Assembly: GCA_017610175.1 (NCBI GenBank)
Contig: JAFCCO010000011.1
Location: 1-46,281, forward strand
From: Candidatus Iainarchaeum sp.
Lineage (GTDB): Archaea; Iainarchaeota; Iainarchaeia; Iainarchaeales; GCA-2688035
Length of the DNA stretch: 46,281 nt
Direction: 5' to 3'
In this document: one piece after another, positions 27,264-36,492 of the stretch
Layout of the letters: the number at the start of each line of letters is the position of its first letter
Position numbering within the stretch: the first letter of the stretch is position 1
Notes under the pieces: model-generated
What the model saw: only the letters and a program-made list of their open reading frames with translations
The model's database searches: none
What the model was told of the DNA's origin: nothing
Program-made: the position numbers and the translations under genes

Positions 27264-28235
27264 ATGGATATTCTTGCTCCTTTTTCAAAGCAGGAAGAGG
27301 TTGAAAAACTTGTTAATGCGGGCGCCACAGAGCTCTACTGCGGGCTTGTGGATGCAAACTGGAACAAAAAATACAGCCTTGTAAGCAGCATTAATCTTCG
27401 GCACGACCAAATCGCAAACCTTTCATCCTTTGGGGCGCTGGGGGAATCGATTGAATCAGCCCACTCTGCAAAAGCCAAGGTCTTCCTGACCCTTAACGCA
27501 CATTTCTATTCCGAAAAGCAACTCCCTTTAGTTCTCAAGCAGGCTGAGAAAGCCGTTTCTTTGGGGATTGATTCCCTAATTGTTGCGGATTCAGGGCTTA
27601 TTCCAAAGCTTGCAAACGAATTTGATGTGGAGATTTCTCTCAGCACCGGAAACCCTGTGTTCAATTCAAAGGCCCTTGAATTCTTCAAGGAACTTGGAGT
27701 GGGCCGCGTTGTTTTTCCAAGGCACTTGACTGTGAAAGAAGCTGTTTCGCTTGCGGCTCACGCTAAAAAACTTGGTCTGAAAACAGAGTGCTTTGTCCTA
27801 AACGTAATCTGTCCGTACATAGACGGGCTGTGCACTTTCCAGCATATTGTTGAGAAAAACCTTTCATTTGTTCCGGTTGGGCCGCTTGCCTGCCGCGCCG
27901 ACTTCAAGGCAACGGCGATTGGAAGCGCAAGCCCTGAAAAAAAGTTTATTGCCGAGAACCACGCAATGCTTTGGAGCAATTCAATTTCAAGGGACTGCGG
28001 GCTCTGCGCAATTGATGAATTCAAGGGGGGCGGGGTTGACTGCGTAAAGATTGCTGGGCGGGCCCATTCAATTGAAAAAAAGCTTGCAGACGTTAATGCG
28101 GTGAAGGCCGCAATTGATGCCGCCGGTTCAAAGGGATTTAAGGGAACTGCAAGAGAGCTTTACTTCAGGCTGTTTCACAATAAGTGCGATTATCCAAATT
28201 GCTATTATGGGGGTGTGGGTTTTGGGGAAAGTTGA
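27264..28235 (+). CDS. Peptidase U32 family protein (UbiU/RlhA/TrhP-like Fe-S protein)
   Basis: ILAP..GATELYCG, LTLN, DSLIVADSGL, SLST..FNS, RVVFPRHL, ECFV...CPYIDGLC (Cx6C) and VKIAGR. Confidence 0.85.
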   Translation: MDILAPFSKQEEVEKLVNAGATELYCGLVDANWNKKYSLVSSINLRHDQIANLSSFGALGESIESAHSAKAKVFLTLNAHFYSEKQLPLVLKQAEKAVSLGIDSLIVADSGLIPKLANEFDVEISLSTGNPVFNSKALEFFKELGVGRVVFPRHLTVKEAVSLAAHAKKLGLKTECFVLNVICPYIDGLCTFQHIVEKNLSFVPVGPLACRADFKATAIGSASPEKKFIAENHAMLWSNSISRDCGLCAIDEFKGGGVDCVKIAGRAHSIEKKLADVNAVKAAIDAAGSKGFKGTARELYFRLFHNKCDYPNCYYGGVGFGES

Positions 28236-29034
28236 GCGTGCAATATTCTCGGACTCCCTTGAACTGCTTGCGGCAGAAGTAGGTTCCGGCTACAAAAGAA
28301 TTTACTTCGGGCACGAAAGCTGTGAGCGAAGAATTCCCTCCCTAAGCGAGCTTAAAAAAGCAAAGAAGTTGTGCGAGGAAAACTGCAATTCCTTCTCCCT
28401 TATAACTCCTTTCTGTACGGACGCGGGTTTGAAGAAAATTGGGCCATTGCTTAAGGGGCTTTCAAGCTATGACGAGGTGATTGTGAACGATTTCGGTGTT
28501 CTAAAGCTTGCTGCTGAAAAAACCCGCGCGTCCCTTGTTTGCGGAAGAATCCTTAACCGGCAGTACCGTGACCCCAGAATTGCAAACTTTAAGAACGCCC
28601 CGAATGATATGGTGGAGCATTTGCGTTCAAGCGCCGCTTCAAGCGGTTTGTTTCGCGATTTGCTTGAGAAGCTGAATGTGCGGCGCATTGAGTTTGACAA
28701 CTTGCTGCAGGGCATTGGAACCGATTTGGGCGGCACCCATTTTAGTGCGTCACTCTATTACCCTTTTGTGTTTGTGGCGGGAACAAGGTTTTGCCTTACG
28801 GCAAACTGCTCAAAGCTTTCGCATGCAGGCAGGGTTGGAATATTTTCGTGTGGAAAAGAGTGCCTTGATTTCAAATTCAGGCTTGAAAATAAGAATTTTG
28901 GGGACTCCCTTTACATGGCGGGAAACGCCCTTTACTTTGAGAACAAAAAACTGCCTTCCCCTCTCCCTGCAAAGGTTGACAGGCTTGTTTTTACAGCAGG
29001 AATATCACAAACAAAAGTGCGGCAGTCAGAATAA
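28207..29034 (+). CDS. Second U32-like protein (UbiV-like partner)
   Basis: RIYFGHESCERRIP, EVIVNDFG, GRILN, RIEFDN and TRFC...CxxxC. The start is uncertain: in-frame ATG 28207 is preferred over 28114, which lies deep inside the upstream gene. Confidence 0.7.
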   Translation: MGVWVLGKVERAIFSDSLELLAAEVGSGYKRIYFGHESCERRIPSLSELKKAKKLCEENCNSFSLITPFCTDAGLKKIGPLLKGLSSYDEVIVNDFGVLKLAAEKTRASLVCGRILNRQYRDPRIANFKNAPNDMVEHLRSSAASSGLFRDLLEKLNVRRIEFDNLLQGIGTDLGGTHFSASLYYPFVFVAGTRFCLTANCSKLSHAGRVGIFSCGKECLDFKFRLENKNFGDSLYMAGNALYFENKKLPSPLPAKVDRLVFTAGISQTKVRQSE

Positions 29035-29743
29035 GCAGCACAGCCCAAAGCAGGTGCCCTGAAACAAAGTTTTTGATTTTCAGTGCCTCTGTGTGTTCGC
29101 CTTTTGAGGCAAGCTCAATTATTTCCTTGGAATACCTTAGCCATGCCTTTGGGTCCTTGAGTTCGTTGAATGTTTCCCTTGCGATTTCCTCGGCACTTTT
29201 TTCACGGTGGGGAATTTTTCCTTTCTCAACGATGTTTCCGGAGGAGGCGCTTACATGCAGCATTATTTGCTGTTCTCCGATTAAAACACGCATTTCCCAG
29301 AGGGGTGCGTAAAATTTTAGCACATTTTCAATGATTATGCGGTTGAGCGGCTGTTCAAGCAATTCGGCTGTTTTGAGCTGGCAAATTTTTTCAGCGCGCT
29401 CTTCATCAAGCCCTGATTTTTTTACCTCTAACTTGATTTCATCCGCAATCTCGTTTAGCATCTCGCGTTCAGAGGGAAGGCTTTCAGCCACATCCTCCAC
29501 AATGTCGTTTGTTTCGGGGTTGAGAACGAGCTGTTTTCTTTCAACGCCTGTGACAATTTTTTCCCCGTGTCTTTCTTCCTCCCTGTAAGTGCTGTACTCG
29601 AAGAGAAAGTAGGGAACCAAAATTAGTTTTTCGGCGGAAACAGATATCTCTTTCCAATTCTTTTCTGCAAACGCGTTCTTTAAAAGTTCCCCGGCTTTTT
29701 TCCCGTCAATTAAGACAGGGAGGGAAGGGTTGCCCAAAAACAT
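28991..29743 (-). CDS. Hypothetical protein with C-terminal transmembrane anchor
   Basis: 250-aa ORF 11 bp downstream of sepF, ending LLWAVLLILTAALLFVIFLL. Confidence 0.65.
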   Translation of the reverse strand: MFLGNPSLPVLIDGKKAGELLKNAFAEKNWKEISVSAEKLILVPYFLFEYSTYREEERHGEKIVTGVERKQLVLNPETNDIVEDVAESLPSEREMLNEIADEIKLEVKKSGLDEERAEKICQLKTAELLEQPLNRIIIENVLKFYAPLWEMRVLIGEQQIMLHVSASSGNIVEKGKIPHREKSAEEIARETFNELKDPKAWLRYSKEIIELASKGEHTEALKIKNFVSGHLLWAVLLILTAALLFVIFLL

Positions 29744-29754
29744 AGTTATCTATC

Positions 29755-30114
29755 TTATTGGGTCTCTTTCCTTTTTATAATTTTCACTTTGCTTGGTGTT
29801 ACAAGAATCCTTTCATGTGAAATTCTTGCAATATCCCCGTCTATTTCGTCAATTGCTTCCTTTATTTTTGTGACGAGTTCCTTGAGTTTTATTGCGTTTC
29901 TTCTGCTTAAGCTGTCAACATTCAGCAAAATTATGTTTCCCTGCTTTGCTTCCTTTGTGACCGCTTCAACGTCTTCCTCTGTATTGAGCTGCATTGGCTT
30001 CACAAATGCCTCTGCATCCTCGTAAATGTCGGTGTCTTCCGCATCCAAATTGTTCAAAAACTCTTCTACGTCAATTTCGTCCTCTTTTCCAAGAACCTTT
30101 TCCAAAAAAGTCAT
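29755..30114 (-). CDS. sepF: Cell division protein SepF (archaeal type)
   Basis: N-terminal amphipathic MTFLEKVLG, an acidic linker, and the core GNIILLNV...DGDIARI...ILVTPSKVKI. Confidence 0.85.
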   Translation of the reverse strand: MTFLEKVLGKEDEIDVEEFLNNLDAEDTDIYEDAEAFVKPMQLNTEEDVEAVTKEAKQGNIILLNVDSLSRRNAIKLKELVTKIKEAIDEIDGDIARISHERILVTPSKVKIIKRKETQ

Positions 30115-30336
30115 CTAGGCATCACCCCTCCTGAGAAAAAACTCATATTATATAAAGCCCTAGATTGTTATTTTAAATCTAATGCAGGCAATAAACATAA
30201 TTCTGTGCTGGGGCCTGTGCTGGCTCAAGGTATGAAACCCAAACCTGATTAGTGGAAGTGGTTTGCTTCCACAACTCCAAACAGTTTTATTTGTTCCCAA
30301 TCTATTATTATTGCCACTTTTTGTGGGGGGCGTTGA
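30115..30336. other. Divergent intergenic region upstream of cdc6; candidate replication origin or Orc1-binding site
   Basis: AT-rich tract at about 30136-30202, inverted mini-ORB-like half sites GTGGAAG (30252-30258) and CTTCCAC (30266-30272), and a G-string before cdc6. No full ORB consensus. Confidence 0.4.
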
Positions 30337-31539
30337 ATGGGCAATATTTTTGAATCTGTTATCTTAAAGGAAAGTGTTTTTCTTGACCGAAACATAGTCA
30401 GTCCGCACTATACCCCCAAAAATCTGCCGTTTCGCGAAAAGCAGATAAGTGACATTACCCTTGTTTTGGGCAATACCCTCAAGGGCGGCCGTGCCGACAA
30501 CCTGTTTGTTTACGGCAAAGTTGGGACCGGAAAAACCGTAACCGTTAGGTATGTTTTGCAGCAGCTGGAGGAATTTTCGGCACAAAACAGCTCAGGGGCC
30601 GAAACCGCTTATGTAAACTGCAGAACCCACAACAGCAAGTACAAAGTGCTGCTTATTGCGCTTAGAAGATTCTACCCTGACGAGAACTTCATCGGCTTTT
30701 CATCGGCATTTGTTTACGAAAAGCTGCTGGAGTATGCAAACAAGAACAAGAAGCAGGTAATCCTTGCGCTGGACGAAATTGACAAGGTTAAGGATGTGGA
30801 CGAACTCATTTACGGCTTGAACAGGGGTAATGACGAGCTTAAGAGCGGTGGAATTTCACTGATTGGAATTAGCAACAACCTTTTGTTCAAGGACAGGCTT
30901 GACCCCAGGACAAAGAGCAGTTTGTGTGAGAAGGAAATGGTTTTTTCGCCCTACAACGCAGAGGAACTTAGGGCGATTCTCAAAGACCGGTGCTCAAAGG
31001 CTTTTGTTGAGGGTGCGGTTGAGGAAAGCGCGATAAACTGTGCTGCCGCATTTGCCGCACAGGAATCGGGCGATGCAAGAACCGCTGTAATGCTTTTGCT
31101 TAGGGCAGGGGAAATTGCAGACAAAGCTGAAAGCAAAACGGTAACCGATTCAGATGTTCGTAGGGCAAAGATTAGGGTTGAGGGAGAAATTATTTTCAAC
31201 ATGATTAAGACACTGCCAAGCCAGCAGCAGCTTGTGCTTTACGCGATTGCTTCGCTTTCCGCTGAAAATAAGGGGATTAGAAGAATTACCGGCGAGCAGG
31301 AGAAGGGAATTCTTTTCTCAGGCGAGATTTACGAGGAGTACAGAAGAATTGCAAAGTCCATTGGGGACAACGTAATTAGCAGCAGGTGGTACAGGCAATA
31401 CATTAACGAGCTTGAAATTTACGGGCTGATTGTTACAACCCACAGTGGAAAGGGAATTCGCGGTTCAACCAGGCTCATAAAGCTTGGTTTTGATGCAAAG
31501 AAAATCAAGGCCGCGCTAGAAGCCGAAATTTTTTCCTAA
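30337..31539 (+). CDS. cdc6: Orc1/Cdc6 replication initiator
   Basis: LPFREKQI, Walker A GKVGTGKT, YVNC, Walker B LDEID, LDPRTKSSL, GDARTA and a C-terminal winged helix. Confidence 0.95.
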   Translation: MGNIFESVILKESVFLDRNIVSPHYTPKNLPFREKQISDITLVLGNTLKGGRADNLFVYGKVGTGKTVTVRYVLQQLEEFSAQNSSGAETAYVNCRTHNSKYKVLLIALRRFYPDENFIGFSSAFVYEKLLEYANKNKKQVILALDEIDKVKDVDELIYGLNRGNDELKSGGISLIGISNNLLFKDRLDPRTKSSLCEKEMVFSPYNAEELRAILKDRCSKAFVEGAVEESAINCAAAFAAQESGDARTAVMLLLRAGEIADKAESKTVTDSDVRRAKIRVEGEIIFNMIKTLPSQQQLVLYAIASLSAENKGIRRITGEQEKGILFSGEIYEEYRRIAKSIGDNVISSRWYRQYINELEIYGLIVTTHSGKGIRGSTRLIKLGFDAKKIKAALEAEIFS

Positions 31540-34500
31540 TCAAACATATTCAAACAGGTTTTTCTGTTCAACCTTGTCGTTTGTAAAAACGCTGTTTATT
31601 TCTTCCTCTATGAGGTCAAGCCTTTGCTTCAAATAATCGCTTAAGCCGTATGTTTGCGTAATCCTTTTTGCAATCGCAACATACTTTCTTACACCGCCCT
31701 CTGAAATGGTCAGGATTATTTTGTCCTTTCCGCATTTGGAGCACTTGCCGTTGAGCGGGGGCCTCCTGAATTTTTCATTGCAGTTCGTGCACCTGAATTT
31801 TTGCCTGCTGAATGAACGGGTGTTTCCAATAATGTCGGGCATGAAGTGGGTAACCATCACCCGCTCCAATGCATCCTTTCCGTCAACCGCTGCAATTCTG
31901 TTCTGGAGGTTTGCCTGCATTATGATTTTTTCCTCCATTGTTTTAAGCTCAACATACTTTGACATTGACGGCCCGGCATCATACTGGCTTGTTGTGTGCG
32001 TAATCCCAAAGCCACTGTACTGCCTGTCTGTTCCAAGGGCGTCAAGCACTGTTTCAACCCCGTCAACCTCTGCAGGGGTAAGGTTTAGCGCGCTTTCGTA
32101 GAGCGCAAGAGGGTATTCCCAGCACCGCTCCATATTGTGGCATTCCTCGTCGATTTCGTTCGGGTTTAGTGCGACTGTAAACACAAGCGGGGCGTCCATC
32201 CTCCCTCCCCTGCTGTTGGGAAGGTATTCGTGCGAAAAGTTCAGCAGCCCGTCCATCAACAGCATTAGGCTGTCCTGGTCGCCGTCAATGTTTCTTCTCT
32301 TTGTTTGGTGGAAGTAAACGTGCCCAAAGCAGGCCCTTGCCTTTGTGTAGCCGACTATTCTTGCAACAATTGCGGCGGAGGTGTGCGGCGCCAACCCCAG
32401 AAGAAGCTCTCCAACAAGGTCCTGCCTGTTTTTTGCATTAAAATAGGGCTCAATTTTGTAGAATTTTTTAAGCAGGTCGTCAACGAACTGCGTAACCTTC
32501 ACAAACCAGTCTCCGCCCGCTTCGTTTATCACAATGTCCTGCGGGAACAGCTCAACAAGCTGGTCATCCCTTTCCAGCGGCTTGCCGTGAATGTCCTTTT
32601 CATAACCCAGTTCCTTTAATTTTTCAATGCTTGTTTTTATTTCGCATGGCTTGAAGTGGTCAAGCGGGGCATTGATGGCTTCATATCTTATTGTTGCGTC
32701 CCTGAAAACGTGCAGGTCGTACTTTGCGCGAAGCAGCCCTTTTTCAATGGGTTCAGCAATTTTTGCCCTGTTGATTATTCCCTTCACCCCTTTCACAAGG
32801 TCCGGAACCCTCATTCCAAGGTTTTGTGCGGCGTCCTGCACGATTTTTTCAAGGTCTATTGTCCGCTTGTTTTGCGGGAAGCATTCGTTTTTGCATTTTG
32901 GGCATGTTTTTTCAAGAGATTCAGAACCGCAGCCTTTGCAGATGTAAAAGGAAACTGTTCTTTCGCCGCAGTCGTGGCAGTAGGCCGCCTCTTTTATTTG
33001 CTTGCATTTCGGGCACTTGAATAAATGGAGGTCAACCTCTATGTTTCCCTTTGCCGTTGAGTGCGTTGTGTAATCCATTGCCTTGTTAATGCTTCTGGTG
33101 TTTCCACCGTGCAGCCCTATTGGAAAAAGCACATGCGGGTTTCCGGCCATTTTTCTTGGCTTGCTGGCTTCAGGCCTGCCCATTCTGCTTCCAATAAACG
33201 TTCCCGCCTTGTCCCTTATGTCCAGGCCCGAGAGTTTTGCCGCAAGCTCCACTGAGTCTTTGCAGCTTTCAGCTATTTTTCCCGCGTCAAGTGCCGAATC
33301 CAGTGCAAGTGTTTCCAAGAGCGCAAGGCTTGTTCCCTTGCTTAAAACAATTCGGTTGTTTTCTATTCTGTGCAGAATTCCCGCCTTTTCAAGCAGGCTC
33401 TTTAGCCTGTCATCTTTTTCAATTTTTAGTTCTTCCCCTTTCTCCGCTTTTTTGAGAAGGTTGCGCATTTCAATGAGTTCGCTTTTTTCAAGAATCTTGT
33501 AGTAAAACAGGGCGTTTGGGTGAAGGGGAAGCGAGTGCTTTTTGCTTATTTCAAATGCACGCTCCACACTCACATCTCTGTGATTTTCAATGTCTTTTGC
33601 AAGCTCCCCGCCTGCGGCATTGATTTTCTTAAGAATTGATTCGCATTCGAGCTTCCACCATTCAGAGCAGTACCCTGCAGGAATCAGTGGGTGTGCGCTG
33701 TACTTAAAGTCCCCGTAGCTTATCAGCATGTCTCCCAGGAAAAGAATCTTTTCAATTTTTCTCTTGATTTCCTTTGCTTCGTCAAGTGTGTTTGCCTGAA
33801 CAACGTCCCCGTTCAGCAGCCTTACAATCGGGCCCTCTATGCTGTCAACCGCACTTATTCCGGCAGCCTTTCCCGGCCTTTCAACCTTTACCTGTGTTGC
33901 CTGTGCAATGAACCCGTCAAGTACATGCATGGTTGCGGGGTGAATTCCCTTTCCCATTATTCCCATGTTTCTTGTCCGCCCATACCTTAGCCTGAATCCG
34001 CCCGGCCTCATTGGGTAGCTAAAGATTGGTCGCCCTGCAGCTGTTCCCTCCAAGTATTTCCACTTGGGTTTTAGCTCAATTTTTCCCGAATCGCTTTTTT
34101 CAACCTTGATGATTTTTTCAAGCCAGCTCCAGTCAAGCTTAAGCATTTTGCTGAATTTGAGAATCTTTCTTGCCTTGAGCGCAATTCCTTCCCCAATAAC
34201 AAGGCACATTCCGCCCCTTATTTTGTTTGACTTAACCCTTTGAATGTCCCTGTGCACACCCACTTCCCTTTCCTCTGTTGGGTCCCCGTTAACGCACACA
34301 GGGCAGCCTCTCACAATTGTTCTTACCTCGTCATCACTTAGCTTGTACTGCCTTGAAACGATTTCGTCGTAGATTGAGCACTCCTCAACATAGCGCTCAA
34401 CCTCGTCCTCTGTTGGCTTGTACTTGTCAAGCTTCATTAGGATTCTTGCGTAGTCCCCGAGAATAACGGGGAGCACGGCAGATGTTCCGCCCGCGGCCCT

Positions 34501-34968
34501 GATTGGCCCTGCGTAATAAATATCGATGTACTTGCTTCCGTCCGGGTTTTCGCTGATGTCAACTTTGGGCACACCGTCCAGCGGGGCAACAACAACGCCT
34601 TCTGTGTTAATCACAAGCGCTGTTTTTATTGCCTGCTCAACCCTTTTTGCAGGATCCTCTATTTTGAACCAGTCCTGTTCAATCATTTCGCGGAACAGCT
34701 TGAAGATTACCTGCATTCTGTCCCCATTCAGTTCCTTCATGTCCTTCCTGTAGTGCTCTGCAATTCCAGGTGGCCCGATAATTGTTTCTGTCCTGTCCGC
34801 AAGGTCTGACACCGGGACGGTTTCAACATAGTCCTTTATGTCAAATCCTCTTGCCCTTGCCTTTGTTGCGCGCTCAAGCTGTTCGGTGGTTCTTTGTGCA
34901 AGCTTTTCATAGTAGCGCTTTACATGCGGCTCTGCGTGCTCAACCATTATGTTTATTTTTTTAGACAT
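31540..34968 (-). CDS. polC: DNA polymerase D large subunit DP2
   Basis: EGVVVAP, YYAGPIRAAGGT, GFRLRYGR, RMGRPE, FPIG, zinc fingers, LAPHTSA, catalytic RRNIDGDQD and C-terminal CxxC...CxxC. ATG 34968, overlapping the DP1 stop, is preferred over 34983. Confidence 0.96.
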   Translation of the reverse strand: MSKKINIMVEHAEPHVKRYYEKLAQRTTEQLERATKARARGFDIKDYVETVPVSDLADRTETIIGPPGIAEHYRKDMKELNGDRMQVIFKLFREMIEQDWFKIEDPAKRVEQAIKTALVINTEGVVVAPLDGVPKVDISENPDGSKYIDIYYAGPIRAAGGTSAVLPVILGDYARILMKLDKYKPTEDEVERYVEECSIYDEIVSRQYKLSDDEVRTIVRGCPVCVNGDPTEEREVGVHRDIQRVKSNKIRGGMCLVIGEGIALKARKILKFSKMLKLDWSWLEKIIKVEKSDSGKIELKPKWKYLEGTAAGRPIFSYPMRPGGFRLRYGRTRNMGIMGKGIHPATMHVLDGFIAQATQVKVERPGKAAGISAVDSIEGPIVRLLNGDVVQANTLDEAKEIKRKIEKILFLGDMLISYGDFKYSAHPLIPAGYCSEWWKLECESILKKINAAGGELAKDIENHRDVSVERAFEISKKHSLPLHPNALFYYKILEKSELIEMRNLLKKAEKGEELKIEKDDRLKSLLEKAGILHRIENNRIVLSKGTSLALLETLALDSALDAGKIAESCKDSVELAAKLSGLDIRDKAGTFIGSRMGRPEASKPRKMAGNPHVLFPIGLHGGNTRSINKAMDYTTHSTAKGNIEVDLHLFKCPKCKQIKEAAYCHDCGERTVSFYICKGCGSESLEKTCPKCKNECFPQNKRTIDLEKIVQDAAQNLGMRVPDLVKGVKGIINRAKIAEPIEKGLLRAKYDLHVFRDATIRYEAINAPLDHFKPCEIKTSIEKLKELGYEKDIHGKPLERDDQLVELFPQDIVINEAGGDWFVKVTQFVDDLLKKFYKIEPYFNAKNRQDLVGELLLGLAPHTSAAIVARIVGYTKARACFGHVYFHQTKRRNIDGDQDSLMLLMDGLLNFSHEYLPNSRGGRMDAPLVFTVALNPNEIDEECHNMERCWEYPLALYESALNLTPAEVDGVETVLDALGTDRQYSGFGITHTTSQYDAGPSMSKYVELKTMEEKIIMQANLQNRIAAVDGKDALERVMVTHFMPDIIGNTRSFSRQKFRCTNCNEKFRRPPLNGKCSKCGKDKIILTISEGGVRKYVAIAKRITQTYGLSDYLKQRLDLIEEEINSVFTNDKVEQKNLFEYV

Positions 34969-36472
34969 CTGCTTCATTCCCAATAAATCTTGTCTGGTTT
35001 ATTTTTCTGGTGTGCAAATCAATTATTGGAACAAGTCCGGGGGTTGGGGTATGCCCAAGCTTTACCTGGTAATCTGTTTGGGCCTGCCAGGTTCCGTTGT
35101 GAATAACCGTTGTTCCCCTGTAGTTTGCAAACCCTGAGTGGTGCATGTCTCCCAGGAAAACAAGGTCCGGTTCCTCTCTTACAATCATAAAGTCCTTTTT
35201 TTCCGGAACATACGGGTGCCTTAATCCATAGGCTGACATCAGGTCCCTTTTTTTCAGCAGCTCAACGGTTGCGTCTTCCGGCTTGCTTGACTTAAGAAAA
35301 GACATTTTGGATATCAGGTCGTGCAATGAGTCCCCGTGGTAGAGTAGGGTTTTTAGGCCCTCTATCTCAACCCAGCCGGGGGACCCTATAAAGTGGAAGT
35401 TTTCCCTGTCACTGAGCTCTTTGACAAATTCTTTTGGGATGGCCGGCTTTGGGTCCGCCCACCTGACCGCATCGTGCTGCCCGGGGCAAATTATGACCTC
35501 GATGTAGTCGGGAATTTCCATCATCATTTTTGTGAATTTGTCATACTGCTTGTTTATGTCCCTAATGTTTAGTTCATCAAACTGTTTTGGGTAAATTCCG
35601 ATTCCGTCCACATTGTCCCCTACAACCAGCAGGTACTTTATGTTGCCGACCTTTTCCTTTTCTTTCTCTGAACCAATTCGTCCGTTTATCCAGTCAAGGA
35701 ACCTGTAAAAGTCCTTTTCAAGGAACAATTTGCTTCCAACGTGCAGGTCACTTATGCTTGCAAGGCTTACTTTTCTTTCAGATGTTTTTGCAGGCCTCAT
35801 TGGAAGGTCGGGCCAAAGGATTTCTTTTGCAATCAGGAACTGGTCCCCGAACTTTACGCCCTTAACGCCTATTACGTCGTCCAGCATTATGTGCGCCGCA
35901 ATCTCGGTTAGCTTGGGGTCATTTTTCATCACAAGCACTACGCACTTGTCCTCCAAATCCTCTATTCTGAATGCAAGGTGCCCGTTTTTGCTGGTCCACT
36001 GTTCGTAAACCATCCCTACAACATCAACTTTCTCGTTTTTTGCAACGCCATTAAGCCTTTTAATCGGCTTTGGGGCTAAGTGGTGCCTGTTCTTGAGCAT
36101 TCCGGAAAGTGCTTCAAACTTGCTTCTGAACAGGTGCATGAAATCACTCACCTTTCCTTCACTGCAGCTTTGCCCGGTTACATCCAGCTCTTTCATTATG
36201 CGAAAGTTTGGCTCCATGTCCTTTGCCCTTGGCTTGAAGCCTTTTGCGGTCCCTGTAACAGCAACCCTTTGCTTTACCTTGCTTTTCGGGGCCTCTTTGA
36301 GTAGTGCGTTCTTCTGCGAAACGATTTCCTCAGTTACCATGAACGCGTTTTCTATTTCGAGGGAATCAAGTATTTTTTTGTAGTCAATGGATTTGGCAAG
36401 TGCCTCAAGCGCTTTTCCCTGAAGCATCATCTGCTTTTTGCCTGCGTATTCGAGAATTTCTTTCTCAATCAA
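34961..36472 (-). CDS. polB: DNA polymerase D small subunit DP1 (proofreading exonuclease)
   Basis: OB fold plus calcineurin-like motifs ISDLHVG, GDNVDG, PGQHD, YHG, GDMHH and the C-terminal GTWQAQTDYQ. TTG start with an upstream GGAG. Confidence 0.93.
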   Translation of the reverse strand: MIEKEILEYAGKKQMMLQGKALEALAKSIDYKKILDSLEIENAFMVTEEIVSQKNALLKEAPKSKVKQRVAVTGTAKGFKPRAKDMEPNFRIMKELDVTGQSCSEGKVSDFMHLFRSKFEALSGMLKNRHHLAPKPIKRLNGVAKNEKVDVVGMVYEQWTSKNGHLAFRIEDLEDKCVVLVMKNDPKLTEIAAHIMLDDVIGVKGVKFGDQFLIAKEILWPDLPMRPAKTSERKVSLASISDLHVGSKLFLEKDFYRFLDWINGRIGSEKEKEKVGNIKYLLVVGDNVDGIGIYPKQFDELNIRDINKQYDKFTKMMMEIPDYIEVIICPGQHDAVRWADPKPAIPKEFVKELSDRENFHFIGSPGWVEIEGLKTLLYHGDSLHDLISKMSFLKSSKPEDATVELLKKRDLMSAYGLRHPYVPEKKDFMIVREEPDLVFLGDMHHSGFANYRGTTVIHNGTWQAQTDYQVKLGHTPTPGLVPIIDLHTRKINQTRFIGNEADV

Positions 36473-36492
36473 TTAGCCATCTCCAAAACCGG

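Noticed and set aside
27264-29034. U32 proteins as collagenase-like proteases or leader peptidases
   Set aside because: The family name is historical. The conserved Cys motifs fit the Fe-S hydroxylation role of characterised members better, though proteolysis cannot be excluded from sequence alone.
31540-34968. Intein in PolD DP2 (and likewise in Cdc6)
   Set aside because: Both proteins have normal length and continuous motifs, with no C...HN splice signatures.
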